Assembly (NCBI GenBank): GCA_033763905.1
Contig: JANRJP010000093.1
Coordinates: 29,648 to 93,647, forward strand
Length of the DNA: 64,000 nucleotides
Source of the DNA: Gemmatimonadaceae bacterium
Lineage (GTDB): Bacteria; Gemmatimonadota; Gemmatimonadetes; Gemmatimonadales; Gemmatimonadaceae
Direction of reading: 5' to 3'
The position numbers and the translations under genes were made by a program. The notes under the pieces were generated by a model, which was not told the origin of the DNA, did not search any database, and saw only the letters and a list, made by a program, of their open reading frames with translations. How positions within the stretch are numbered: the stretch's first letter is position 1; the number at the start of each line of letters is the position of its first letter. Below, piece by piece: positions 30,765-40,162 of the stretch.

Positions 30765-31256
30765 TCACTCCTCCGGCGGCTTGACCGGGGCAGCCCCTTC
30801 GGTGCCCGGCGCGTTCTTGTCTCCCGCCACCGAGGACTCGGTGCCGGGCCGCTGGTCGGAGATCATTCCCGTCATCCGCACGCCCGCCTTGCCGGCAATG
30901 TCCAGGGCATCCTGCACCTTACCGTACTCGATCGCGCCGTGCGCCTTCAGGTAGATGATCTTGTCGACCGTCCGAGCGTCGTAGATCTCCTTGAGCTTGC
31001 CCGGCAGCGCTTCCGCGGTGATCTCGCGCTTGTCGAGATACAACGCACCCTTCGAGTCGATGCCGAGGAGGATTTCGCCGGGCTCTTCCGGACGCGTCTT
31101 CAGGTTCACGCCCTGCGGGGGCGTGGCATTGAAGCCCGCGTTGATCGCCGGCACCACGATCATGAAGATGATCAGGAGCACCAGCATCACGTCGATCATC
31201 GGGGTGACGTTCGGCTCAGCCTTGACGCCACCCCCCGTGCTGACTGCCATACCCAT
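30765..31256 (-). CDS. exbD: biopolymer transporter ExbD/TolR
   Basis: PNVTPMIDVMLVLLIIFMI. Confidence 0.92.
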   Translation of the reverse strand: MGMAVSTGGGVKAEPNVTPMIDVMLVLLIIFMIVVPAINAGFNATPPQGVNLKTRPEEPGEILLGIDSKGALYLDKREITAEALPGKLKEIYDARTVDKIIYLKAHGAIEYGKVQDALDIAGKAGVRMTGMISDQRPGTESSVAGDKNAPGTEGAAPVKPPEE

Positions 31257-31289
31257 CGGTTGGTCCCGGTTGGGGTGATGGGAAAGGAC

Positions 31290-32027
31290 TTACTGCGAGA
31301 CCGGGCCCGAACCCGCGGCCTGCGTGTTGAACTCGCGGGTGAAGCGCGACCGGCCGAACTCGCCCGAGACGCCCTTGATGAGGTAGTCCACCATTTCCTT
31401 GGCGGAGTACGTCATTTCCGCGGCCAGGTTGTCGTTCTTGGTCTGGAAGTAGTTGTAGGCCCACACCGCCGGAATCGCGACGAGGAGACCGAAGGCGGTC
31501 GTGATGAGCGCCTCGGCGACACCGGCCGAGATCGACGCGATACCGCCCGAACCCGACGCGGCCATGCCCGTGAAGGCGTTGACGATACCCATCGTGGTGC
31601 CGAGCAGACCGACGAACGGCGCGGTCGCACCGACCGTCGCGAGCACCGCCAGACCGCGCTTGAGCTTGACGAGCGTCATCAGCATCTCACGCTCGATCGC
31701 GCGCTCGGTGCTGTTGATGTCGCTGACCGTGACCGAGCCGTCGGTGATGAGGGGCTTGATCTCTTCGAGCGCGTTGCCGAGCACCGTGGCGACGTGCGAC
31801 TTCTTGTACTTCTGGGCGAGCGTGATCGCCTCGGTGAGGTTGTCTTCCTCGAGGAACTGCGAGAACTCCGGAGCGAACTGGATCGTCTCCTTCTGCGCCT
31901 GACGGAGCATCCACCACTTCTGGATCATCACCGTGAGCGAATACATCGACATGATCGCCATCGTGACCACGATGCCCTTGGCGAACATACCCATCTGGCC
32001 CCACAGGTCCATCATATCCATTTCCAT
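31290..32027 (-). CDS. exbB: MotA/TolQ/ExbB proton channel
   Basis: APFVGLLGT, EALITTAFGLLVAIPA. Confidence 0.92.
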   Translation of the reverse strand: MEMDMMDLWGQMGMFAKGIVVTMAIMSMYSLTVMIQKWWMLRQAQKETIQFAPEFSQFLEEDNLTEAITLAQKYKKSHVATVLGNALEEIKPLITDGSVTVSDINSTERAIEREMLMTLVKLKRGLAVLATVGATAPFVGLLGTTMGIVNAFTGMAASGSGGIASISAGVAEALITTAFGLLVAIPAVWAYNYFQTKNDNLAAEMTYSAKEMVDYLIKGVSGEFGRSRFTREFNTQAAGSGPVSQ

Positions 32028-32066
32028 AACTGCCTCCTCGAAGAGATCGGTGTGTCGCGGATGTGA

Positions 32067-32774
32067 TTACTTCTGGATCGCGAAGACGAACGGCTGCTGC
32101 ACGAGCTGCTTCACCTTGCGCCCGCCGACTTCCGCGGCGATGAAGCGCATATTCGGCAACGTGTTGCGGACCGTCGCGGCGAAGAGTTCGTGGGTGGTGC
32201 GCAAGACCTTGAAGGTGCTCAACTCGGCGCGGCCCATCGTGTCGACGACGAACTGCACGAGCGCCTCGCCCTCGACGCCAGCCGAGCGGAGGATGTCGGG
32301 ATACCGCGGCTGCGCCGACCCGGGGGCCGCCATCGCCGGCTTCTCGACCTGGAACTCGAAGAAGGGCTGGTTCGCATCGACCGGGGGACCGTCACCGACA
32401 CCCTTGCCGGTACCGCCGGCGACACCCTTGCCGGAGAAGTCGCCTTCGTCGATGACCTTCTTGGTAAGATCGACGTCGGGAATGACGTCCGGGATCTCGA
32501 TCGGCGCGGTGAGCACCTGGAAGCCCTTCGGGGGCGTCGGCGCCACGACGACATCAGGCGGTGGCGGCTTCGGCTCTTCGGGCTTCGGCTCTTCGGGCTT
32601 CGCCTGCTCCACGAACTTCACGTCCTCGACCTTCGGCCCGTCGTCTTCCATCGCGCCGCGCGCGGTGGCATAGACGGCCGCAACGATCAGGACCGTGTGA
32701 AGTACGAAGCTGACGATCGCCCCACCCGTGGACCGCTGCTTCTGCGGCTTGGACTCCAACAGGTTATTGAACAA
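32067..32774 (-). CDS. tonB: energy transducer TonB
   Basis: SFVLH TM motif, KPEEP repeats, YPDILRSAGVEG TonB C-domain; TTG start with GGAGG RBS. Confidence 0.9.
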   Translation of the reverse strand: MFNNLLESKPQKQRSTGGAIVSFVLHTVLIVAAVYATARGAMEDDGPKVEDVKFVEQAKPEEPKPEEPKPPPPDVVVAPTPPKGFQVLTAPIEIPDVIPDVDLTKKVIDEGDFSGKGVAGGTGKGVGDGPPVDANQPFFEFQVEKPAMAAPGSAQPRYPDILRSAGVEGEALVQFVVDTMGRAELSTFKVLRTTHELFAATVRNTLPNMRFIAAEVGGRKVKQLVQQPFVFAIQK

Positions 32775-32861
32775 GGGGCCTCCGGTGTACGGTCTCTTCC
32801 TTCGCCTCATTCGAGGCGACGGTAGGTTACGGTCCGTGAATGAATTCCGTATGGGCCGAAG

Positions 32862-32899
32862 ATTAGGATTCCATTAGCGCCGAATTAGGAGTCGCTAAG
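32862..32899. promoter_or_regulatory. phased direct repeats, putative OmpR-family binding site upstream of tonB
   Basis: ATTAG at 32862, 32873 and 32884, and CTAAG at 32895 (11-bp period). Confidence 0.6.
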
Positions 32900-33010
32900 G
32901 GACCTGCAGTCGGGGGGGCGCCCCCTCCCCGATCGAATTGGTACCCGGAGTGCAACAGTCAGGGCGCTCCCGCCCGCCCGCGCCAACGTGTGCACCGCGT
33001 CGCGCGACCG

Positions 33011-34462
33011 CTACGCGGACGCTTCCTCAGGCGCCAAGGGGAACGTGGCGGTGAAGATCGAGCCGCGCCCGAGCCGCGACTGCACCGCGAGCGTGCCGGC
33101 GTGCGCCTGGGCAATCCACTGCGAGATCGCGAGGCCCAGCCCGGTCCCCGCGCGCTCACCGCCTCGCGTGCGCGCGCGATCCGCTCGCCAGAACCGATCG
33201 AACACATAGGGCAAGTCGGCCGCCGCGATGCCGATGCCGGTGTCCTTCACCGTGAACGCGATGCCATCGAGTCGGCGCGAGAGCGTCAGCGTCACCGTCC
33301 CGCCGCGCGGCGTGTACTTGATCGCGTTCGTGACCAGGTTGAGCATCAGCTGCCGCATGCGCTGCGCGTCGCCGAGCACGACGCCGTCCTCGATGATCGG
33401 CAACTCGACCGTGAGCCCGGCATCTTCCCCGAGAATCAGCGCGGTCTCGTACACGTCGCGGACGAGTGCTTCGAGCGGTACCGGCTCGCGCACGAGGTCG
33501 AAGCGCCCTTCGTCCGCCCGCGCAAGCGTGAGCAGGCCATCGACGAGATCCGCCATTCGCGCACTCTCGGCCAGCGCCTCCTCGAGCGGCACGAGCTGCT
33601 CCGCCGGTGCGCCGGACACGGACATCGCGCGTTCGATATCGGCGCGCAAGACGGTGAGCGGCGTCTTGAGCTCGTGGCTCGCATCGGCGGTGAAGCGTCG
33701 CAGCGCGGCGAACGACGTTTCGAGCCGCTCGATCATCTGATTGAGCGTCACCGACAGCCGCGCGAGCTCATCTTCGGCGGGATCGGTCCCATCGGGCACG
33801 TGCAGACGCCGATGCAGTGATCGGCCGTCGGTGATCGCTTCGGCGTCGGCGCGGAGACGTTCGATCGGTGCGAGCGTGCGTCCGGTCATCAGCCAGGCCG
33901 CAAACGCCGCGATGAGCAGCACGATCGGCACCAGCAGGATGATCGGCCGCAGCAACTCCGGCGGGAACAGATCGAGTGGGCGCGTGGATGCCCCCGCGAC
34001 GACGCGCCGCGATTGCCCGTTACCCGATCGTGGCACTTCGCGGGCCACGATCAGCAGCTGCTCGTCGGACAGGCGGACCTTCACGGCCGGCCGCGTCTCG
34101 GAGAGGGCCAGCGACGCCTGCAGCAGCTGCGCCAGGTCGTCCTGTCCGAGCTGGCGCACCGCAAAACTGGCGTAGCGGGCGCGACCCGAATCGTCGAGCA
34201 CCACCAGCCAGCCGGGAAAGCCTTCGAGCGTGCTGCGCAGGAGCGCGACCGCCGAGGCGCGCACGGTGTCGCCGTCGGCGGGCAACTCGTTGGCCTTGCC
34301 GATGAGCCGGACCGCGAGGTCGGCTTCGTCGAGTACCTGTCGCTGCAGGGCGATCGTCGCCTGCTCGCGGCGGACGGCCGCGAGCAGGCTCGTGAAGACG
34401 AGCAGGGTGACGCCGATCAGCAGGGTCACCGCGACCGCGAGGCGGGCGCGTAGCGTCCGCAT
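33011..34462 (-). CDS. HAMP sensor histidine kinase (CusS/QseC-like)
   Basis: Two TM segments, ASHELKTPL, NAIKY, DTGIGI, GTGLGL. Confidence 0.93.
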   Translation of the reverse strand: MRTLRARLAVAVTLLIGVTLLVFTSLLAAVRREQATIALQRQVLDEADLAVRLIGKANELPADGDTVRASAVALLRSTLEGFPGWLVVLDDSGRARYASFAVRQLGQDDLAQLLQASLALSETRPAVKVRLSDEQLLIVAREVPRSGNGQSRRVVAGASTRPLDLFPPELLRPIILLVPIVLLIAAFAAWLMTGRTLAPIERLRADAEAITDGRSLHRRLHVPDGTDPAEDELARLSVTLNQMIERLETSFAALRRFTADASHELKTPLTVLRADIERAMSVSGAPAEQLVPLEEALAESARMADLVDGLLTLARADEGRFDLVREPVPLEALVRDVYETALILGEDAGLTVELPIIEDGVVLGDAQRMRQLMLNLVTNAIKYTPRGGTVTLTLSRRLDGIAFTVKDTGIGIAAADLPYVFDRFWRADRARTRGGERAGTGLGLAISQWIAQAHAGTLAVQSRLGRGSIFTATFPLAPEEASA

Positions 34463-35130
34463 CAGCCTTTCAGGACGTAGCCGACGCCGCGAACGGTCGT
34501 GATGAGCTTCCGCTCGTGCCGGGCGTCGATCTTCTTGCGCAGATGGGTGATCACGACGTCGACGATGTTCGTCCCGGGATCGAAGTGGTACCCCCAGGCA
34601 TACTCGGTGATCAGCGTGCGACTCATCACCTTGCCCGCGTGGCGCATCAGATACTCGAGCACCGCGTACTCTTTGGGCGTCAGCTCGATCAGCTCGCCAG
34701 CCCGCCGCACTTCGCGCGCATCGGAGTCGAGTTCCAAATCGGCGATGGCCAACTTGGGCCGGGCGAGCGTCCGTGGACGTCGCGCCACCGCTTCGAGACG
34801 GGCGAGCAGTTCTTCGAAGGCGAAGGGCTTGGTGACGTAGTCATCGGCCCCCGCGCGCAGCGCATTGACCTTGGCGTCGACCGCATCCTGCGCAGTGAGC
34901 ACGAGCACGGGACGATCGACGCCGCGTCCGCGCAAGCCGCGCAACACATCGAAGCCCGACTTGCCGGGTAGCCGCATATCGAGCACGACGACGTCGTAGG
35001 CGCCCGATGCGGCGAGGGACTCGCCCGTCTCTCCATCGGTCACGAGATCGACGCCGAACCGTTGCTCCTCGAGGCCCCGCTTGAGAAAGGCGCCGACGGT
35101 CGGATCATCCTCGATGACGAGGACCTTCAT
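34462..35130 (-). CDS. OmpR-family response regulator
   Basis: REC domain (VLDMRLP, KPF) plus wHTH (TVRGVGY). Confidence 0.95.
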   Translation of the reverse strand: MKVLVIEDDPTVGAFLKRGLEEQRFGVDLVTDGETGESLAASGAYDVVVLDMRLPGKSGFDVLRGLRGRGVDRPVLVLTAQDAVDAKVNALRAGADDYVTKPFAFEELLARLEAVARRPRTLARPKLAIADLELDSDAREVRRAGELIELTPKEYAVLEYLMRHAGKVMSRTLITEYAWGYHFDPGTNIVDVVITHLRKKIDARHERKLITTVRGVGYVLKG

Positions 35131-36497
35131 CGGCCACCGGAGGGGCGTTCGAGCCCGTACTCGCGAATCTTGCGATAGAGCGTCTTGGCCGAGATCCCGA
35201 GCACGGCCGACGCGCGCCCCTGGTGCCAGCCTTCGCGCCGCAGCACGTCGTGAATGTGCCGCCGCTCGAGATCGGTGAGCGAAAGCGCCGCGTCATCCGG
35301 CAGCGCCGCATCCTGGAGCACGGGCACCACGCCGAGCGTGTGCGCCTCCACGACCGGGGCCGTCGCGAGCAGGGCCGCGCGTTCGATCACCGTCCGGAGT
35401 TCGGTCACGTTGCCCGGCCAGGCGTATTGCTGCATCGCGGCGATCGCGGCCTCCGAGAAGCGCAGTCGCGGCCCGCCATAGAGCGCCAGGAAATGCTGTG
35501 CGAGGTCGACGATGTCACCGGGCCGATCGCGCAGCGCCGGCAGCGCGATCGAGAACGCGCCGAGCCGGTACGACAGGTCACTGCGGAAGGTTCGCCGCTC
35601 CACCGCGTCGATCAGCCCGGTCCCGCTGCCGTTGCTTGTCGCCGCGAGGATGCGCACATCGACGTCGAGGCGCCGCGTCCCGCCCACGCGAATCACCGCA
35701 CCGTCTTCCAACAGGCGAAGCAGGCGCCCCTGCGAGCGCAGATCCATCTGCTCGACATTGTCGAGGAAGACAGTGCCGCCGTGCGCCGTCTCGAGTCGAC
35801 CCGGACGAGCGCCACTCGGCCACGCCGACCCGGGCCCTTCGACGCCGAAGAGTTCCGCCTCGAAGGCCGCCGGATCCCCTTCCCCGCAGGACACCACGGT
35901 GAAGGCGCGCGACGCGCGCGGCGACAGCCGATGCATCGCCTCGGCGATCAGATGGCGTCCCGTGCCACGCTCGCCGGTGATCAGCACCGGCGACGCGGTC
36001 GGCGCCAGCTGCTCGACCATCGACAGCACCTCGCGCATCCGCGGGTCGCTGGTGCGCACCTCGGTCACCCGATCGGCCCGCGCCAAGCGGTCGGTGAGCA
36101 GCGAGTTCTGCCGGAGCAGTTCGCGCTTCTCCCAGGCCCGCTTCACCTGCATCTCGATCTCGAGCATCCGGTAGGGCTTCGACATATAGTCGTAGGCCCC
36201 GAGCTTGAGCGCGGTAATGGCCGTGTCGATCGTGCCGTTGCCGGTGATGATGATGGCTTCCGGCGGCTCGGCGCTCTCGCGGAGCGCGCGGAGCACGGTG
36301 AGCCCGTCCATCTCGGGCATCACGATGTCGAGCAGCGCCACATCAAAGGCCTGCGTGGCCAGGGCGTCGAGCGCCGCGCGACCATCGGTGACGTGCACCA
36401 CGTGATGGCCACGCTGCGTCAGGTAGTCGCTCAGAATCGTGCCGAGCGCGCGCTCATCTTCGGCCAGCAGGACGCGGATCCGCGGCTGATCGCTCAT
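35127..36497 (-). CDS. NtrC-like response regulator (REC-AAA+-HTH) with degenerate ATPase/GAFTGA motifs
   Basis: LLDIVMP, GERGTGR, FLDNV, WPGNVTEL, LGISAKTLYRK; ATG at 36497. Confidence 0.88.
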   Translation of the reverse strand: MSDQPRIRVLLAEDERALGTILSDYLTQRGHHVVHVTDGRAALDALATQAFDVALLDIVMPEMDGLTVLRALRESAEPPEAIIITGNGTIDTAITALKLGAYDYMSKPYRMLEIEMQVKRAWEKRELLRQNSLLTDRLARADRVTEVRTSDPRMREVLSMVEQLAPTASPVLITGERGTGRHLIAEAMHRLSPRASRAFTVVSCGEGDPAAFEAELFGVEGPGSAWPSGARPGRLETAHGGTVFLDNVEQMDLRSQGRLLRLLEDGAVIRVGGTRRLDVDVRILAATSNGSGTGLIDAVERRTFRSDLSYRLGAFSIALPALRDRPGDIVDLAQHFLALYGGPRLRFSEAAIAAMQQYAWPGNVTELRTVIERAALLATAPVVEAHTLGVVPVLQDAALPDDAALSLTDLERRHIHDVLRREGWHQGRASAVLGISAKTLYRKIREYGLERPSGGR

Positions 36498-38053
36498 ACG
36501 CCCTCCGAGGCCGGCAGAATCACGCGGAACGTGCTGCCGCGACCGGGCGTGGAATCCACTTCGATCCGACCCTGGTGATCGTGAATGATCCCGTAGCAGA
36601 TCGACAGCCCGAGGCCGGTCCCTCGCCCCGGCGCCTTGGTCGTGTAGAACGGCTCGAAGATCTTGTCCTGCTCGCTTCGTGCGATGCCGACGCCGTCGTC
36701 CACCACCTCGACGATCACGGCTTCGGACTGGGCACGACCGTGACGCGTGCGCACGATCACCGTGCCCTGGTCGGCCACCGCATCGACGGCGTTGAGCATC
36801 AGCGCCATCACGACCTGCACGAGCTGCTCGCGGTTGGCGTAGACCAGCGTCGTCAGTTCGGGATCCAGATGCGTGGCCACGTGCAGCTTCTTGAAGCGCA
36901 CGTGATGCTTGAGCAGGAAGAGCGTCTGCTCGACGACGTCGTTGACGTGCACCAGTTCCTTCGAGACCGTCTTTGGCCGCGAGAAGTCGAGCAAGCCATC
37001 GACGATGCGCTTGCAGCGGTGCACTTCGTTGTCGATGATCTGGAGCATATCGGTGTGGTCCGGCTTGAGCGGCCACCCGTCGTTCTTGAGATCACCGAGC
37101 TTGAGTTGCAGGCTTTCGGCGCACGCGGCGATCGTCGCCAGCGGATTGTTGATCTCGTGCATCACGCCAGCCGCCAACTGACCGATCGCGGCGAGCTTCT
37201 CGCCCTGCATAAAGCGCTTCTCGGCTTCCTTCCAGTCGGTGACGTCTTCGCCGATGGTGATGACGTGGGTGACGCCGCTGTCCGAGAGCCGCATCGGGAT
37301 CTTGCTGATGCGAAAGGTCCGCGTGTCACCGGTGGCGGTGGACTCCATCTGGAACTGCTGGATGCGCCCGGTGCGGAAGACTTCCTCGAACTCGCGTCGG
37401 AGCAGGTCGCCCGGTTGGCGGTGGAGAATCTCGAAGATCGTTCGCCCGATCGCCTCTTCGCGGCTGACGCCCTGCATCCCGGTCTCGCGCTTGCGGTTCC
37501 AGGCGCGAATCCGGTACTCGTGGTCGACGACGTAGAGCCCCACCGGGAGCGAGTCGATGATCTTTTCTGTGAACCGTCGCTCGTCCTCGATCTCGCGCGT
37601 GCGGGCGGCGACCTGCGCTTCGAGTTCGGTCGCGTGCTGCGCGTGGGCGACGAGCGGGGCCAGGACGGTGGCGAGCGTGAGCACGATGCGCTCGGCATCG
37701 ATCGGCTCCCGGGCCTCGCGGACGAGCAAAGCGCCCAAGCGACGGCCCACGACCGCCAACGGCGCGAGCTGCGTACCCGTCGGCGGACCGTCGATGAGCA
37801 TCTGCTGCAGCGCATCGGCCGACACGCGGAGATCACCCTCACCGGTATGCAGGCGCCAGCCATCGACGTGCTCGAGCCACAGCGCGACTTCCGACGCGCC
37901 CAGGACCTCGCGAACGAAGGCCAGGGTCCCCGGCACGGTGTCATCGAGGGACGGCGAGCGGGCAAGCCGCAACGCCGCCTCAGCGATGACGCCGAGGGCT
38001 CCCGCTGCGGTATCCAGTCCGTCTTGTCCGGCGCCCTGTTCGGTGATTCCCAA
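36494..38053 (-). CDS. soluble GAF-like/PAS histidine kinase (NtrB-like)
   Basis: PAS (IDSLPVG, WNR), GVMHEINNPL, FYTTK, GTGLGL. Confidence 0.92.
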   Translation of the reverse strand: MGITEQGAGQDGLDTAAGALGVIAEAALRLARSPSLDDTVPGTLAFVREVLGASEVALWLEHVDGWRLHTGEGDLRVSADALQQMLIDGPPTGTQLAPLAVVGRRLGALLVREAREPIDAERIVLTLATVLAPLVAHAQHATELEAQVAARTREIEDERRFTEKIIDSLPVGLYVVDHEYRIRAWNRKRETGMQGVSREEAIGRTIFEILHRQPGDLLRREFEEVFRTGRIQQFQMESTATGDTRTFRISKIPMRLSDSGVTHVITIGEDVTDWKEAEKRFMQGEKLAAIGQLAAGVMHEINNPLATIAACAESLQLKLGDLKNDGWPLKPDHTDMLQIIDNEVHRCKRIVDGLLDFSRPKTVSKELVHVNDVVEQTLFLLKHHVRFKKLHVATHLDPELTTLVYANREQLVQVVMALMLNAVDAVADQGTVIVRTRHGRAQSEAVIVEVVDDGVGIARSEQDKIFEPFYTTKAPGRGTGLGLSICYGIIHDHQGRIEVDSTPGRGSTFRVILPASEGV

Positions 38054-38187
38054 GTCTTCCTCTCGGATGTGCTAGGAACGTAGGGGCAATCGGGGGGCGC
38101 GTCCATTGTCCTTGGCGGCGAGCTTGCCGAGACGACAGCAGGCCCGCCAAATCGACCGGCGGATCGGCCTCGGTGACGCACCCCGGG

Positions 38188-38203
38188 TGGCATTGCCGAT
38201 GCG
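38188..38203 (+). promoter_or_regulatory. putative sigma54 -24/-12 promoter of hsp20
   Basis: TGGCATTGCCGATGCG = GG-N10-GC, 60 nt upstream of the ATG. Confidence 0.6.
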
Positions 38204-38263
38204 ATACCGGAACGTGCGAGCGGCCGTGTCGCCGCCCGCCCCACGTCTCACTTCGAGGACCAT

Positions 38264-38698
38264 ATGTCGTATCGTTTTGCCCGTCCGACGCGCTATCGCG
38301 GGACCAGCTTTGACCAGCTCTTCGACGCCGTGTTCTCCCCGATGCCGACGTCGGCTCATCGGAACGGCACCTTCGCGCCGGCGGTCTCCGCTCGCGAGAG
38401 CAAGGACCGTTACATCGTGGAACTGGAGCTGCCGGGTGTCTCGCCGGAGCAGGTGCAGGTCACGGCCGAGCCCGGCGCCTTGACGGTCAAGGGCAACCGC
38501 CCGGCGCCTGGCCAGGTCGAGGGCGAATCCGTGCACATCGCCGAGCGCGCCTACGGCGACTTCCGTCGGCAGTTCCGCCTCCCGGATGCCGTCGACACGT
38601 CGAAGATCGACGCGACGTTCTCGCACGGCGTGTTGACGATCACGCTCCCGAAGCGGGAGCCGTCGGTCGCCCGGACCATCGAGATCCGGACGACCTGA
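38264..38698 (+). CDS. Hsp20/alpha-crystallin small heat shock protein
   Basis: ELPGV, ERAYGDFRRQFRLP, HGVLTITLPK. Confidence 0.95.
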   Translation: MSYRFARPTRYRGTSFDQLFDAVFSPMPTSAHRNGTFAPAVSARESKDRYIVELELPGVSPEQVQVTAEPGALTVKGNRPAPGQVEGESVHIAERAYGDFRRQFRLPDAVDTSKIDATFSHGVLTITLPKREPSVARTIEIRTT

Positions 38699-38702
38699 GC
38701 GG

Positions 38703-39194
38703 TCAGCCGAGCTGCGCGATCGCCGCGAGAATCTCCGCGTTCTCGCGGCGCTGGCCCGGCGTCTCCTCGACGTGCGCCCAGCGGACGATGCCCTGCTTGT
38801 CGACGAGGAAGTAGGAGCGATTGGCGAAGAACGTGTCGGCGAACAGCACATCGTACGCCGCCGCCGCCTGCCGCTTGAAGTCGCTGAGCAGCTCGACCTT
38901 CATCGCGTACTGCTTCTTGAATTCCTTGAGCGACGGAATCGCGTCGACGCTGATCGGCAGGACGACCACGTCCTTGCTGGCGAAGGCATCGTAGTCGTCA
39001 CCGAACGAGCACAGCTCGGTGGTGCACACGCTGGTGAACGCCATCGGGAAGAAGGCGATCAGCACGTTGGAGGTGCCACGGAAGGACGAGAGGGTGACCT
39101 CCTGTCCGGCGGTGTTGGTCAGCGTGAAGTCCGGGGCCGTGGTGCCCACGGCCGGGCGCGTGCCGATCGTGATCGTAGGAAGCGTGGCAGGCAT
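38703..39194 (-). CDS. peroxiredoxin (AhpE-like)
   Basis: APDFTL, FFPMAFTSVCTTELC, LLSDF; ATG at 39194. Confidence 0.9.
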   Translation of the reverse strand: MPATLPTITIGTRPAVGTTAPDFTLTNTAGQEVTLSSFRGTSNVLIAFFPMAFTSVCTTELCSFGDDYDAFASKDVVVLPISVDAIPSLKEFKKQYAMKVELLSDFKRQAAAAYDVLFADTFFANRSYFLVDKQGIVRWAHVEETPGQRRENAEILAAIAQLG

Positions 39195-39235
39195 TGGAGA
39201 GGAAGCAGAGTCAGAGACGGAACCGTGCGAGAAAA

Positions 39236-40162
39236 CTACTCGGTCGCCAACGAGTGGATGCGGCCCGCCAGTTCCTTGAGCTCCGCAGGCGCGAGCCGCT
39301 CGACGGGCAGGGCCCGCAGGGCGTCCACCCGCCGGGCAATCGCGTCGTAGGTCCACGCGAACGCGGCACGCGCGGCGGCCGGCTCGGTCTCGTCCGCCGG
39401 GTCCGGGAGCCCCCAATGCACCATCGCCCGCGCTCCGGGATAGTAGGGGCAGGCCTCCTTGGCGTTGTCGCAGACTGTGATCACGAGGTCATACGCCACT
39501 CCCTCGACGGCATCGAGTGTCTTCGGTTCGCGACCTTCCCAGGCAATCCCGTGCGCAGCGAGCGTCTCGATGGCGTACGGGTTCACGCGCGCGGCCGGGC
39601 GTGAGCCGGCACTGGCGGCGGCGAACCGCCCCGCCCCGCGGACCGCCAGCAGCGCTTCGCCGATCTGGCTCCGCGCGCTGTTCCCGGTACAGAGCACCAG
39701 CACACGCCACGGCGCGGACGGTACGCGGAGATCCCGGTGCATCACGGTGGCGGTGTCGGGACAGGCGGTCGTGAACTCCACCGAGGCCCGCACCGCCGCC
39801 GGCACGTCGTCGCGCGTGCGTTCCTCAAAGCCCAAGCGGGCGAAAAACGGCGCGGCGGTGGTCGTCAACAACACCAGATCTTCGACACCGCTCGCGACGG
39901 CCGCCCCGATGCGATCACGAACCATCGCCTCGCCGAGGCCGCTGCGCCGGGCCTGCTCGTGCACGACGACGCTGCGCAGCAGCGCCGCCGAGCCGTAGCG
40001 CTCAAAGCCGGCCGCGCCCACGAGTACCCCGCCGTCGGAAGCGACCACGAGGTTGGGCCACGCGCGGTCGAGCCCGTCCACGGGCAGCGCGTTCGCGCGC
40101 AGGAGTTCCTCGACGGCGCTGCGATCCGCGTCGGTAGCGACGCGCAAGACGCGAAGACTCAC
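39236..40162 (-). CDS. ArsN2-like GNAT acetyltransferase fused to LMW-PTP-type arsenate reductase ArsC
   Basis: N-half ALLRSVVV, LLTTTA, SVEFTTACP; C-half CTGNSARSQ, VCDNAKEACP, HWGLPDP; one frame, GTG at 40162. Confidence 0.85.
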   Translation of the reverse strand: MSLRVLRVATDADRSAVEELLRANALPVDGLDRAWPNLVVASDGGVLVGAAGFERYGSAALLRSVVVHEQARRSGLGEAMVRDRIGAAVASGVEDLVLLTTTAAPFFARLGFEERTRDDVPAAVRASVEFTTACPDTATVMHRDLRVPSAPWRVLVLCTGNSARSQIGEALLAVRGAGRFAAASAGSRPAARVNPYAIETLAAHGIAWEGREPKTLDAVEGVAYDLVITVCDNAKEACPYYPGARAMVHWGLPDPADETEPAAARAAFAWTYDAIARRVDALRALPVERLAPAELKELAGRIHSLATE

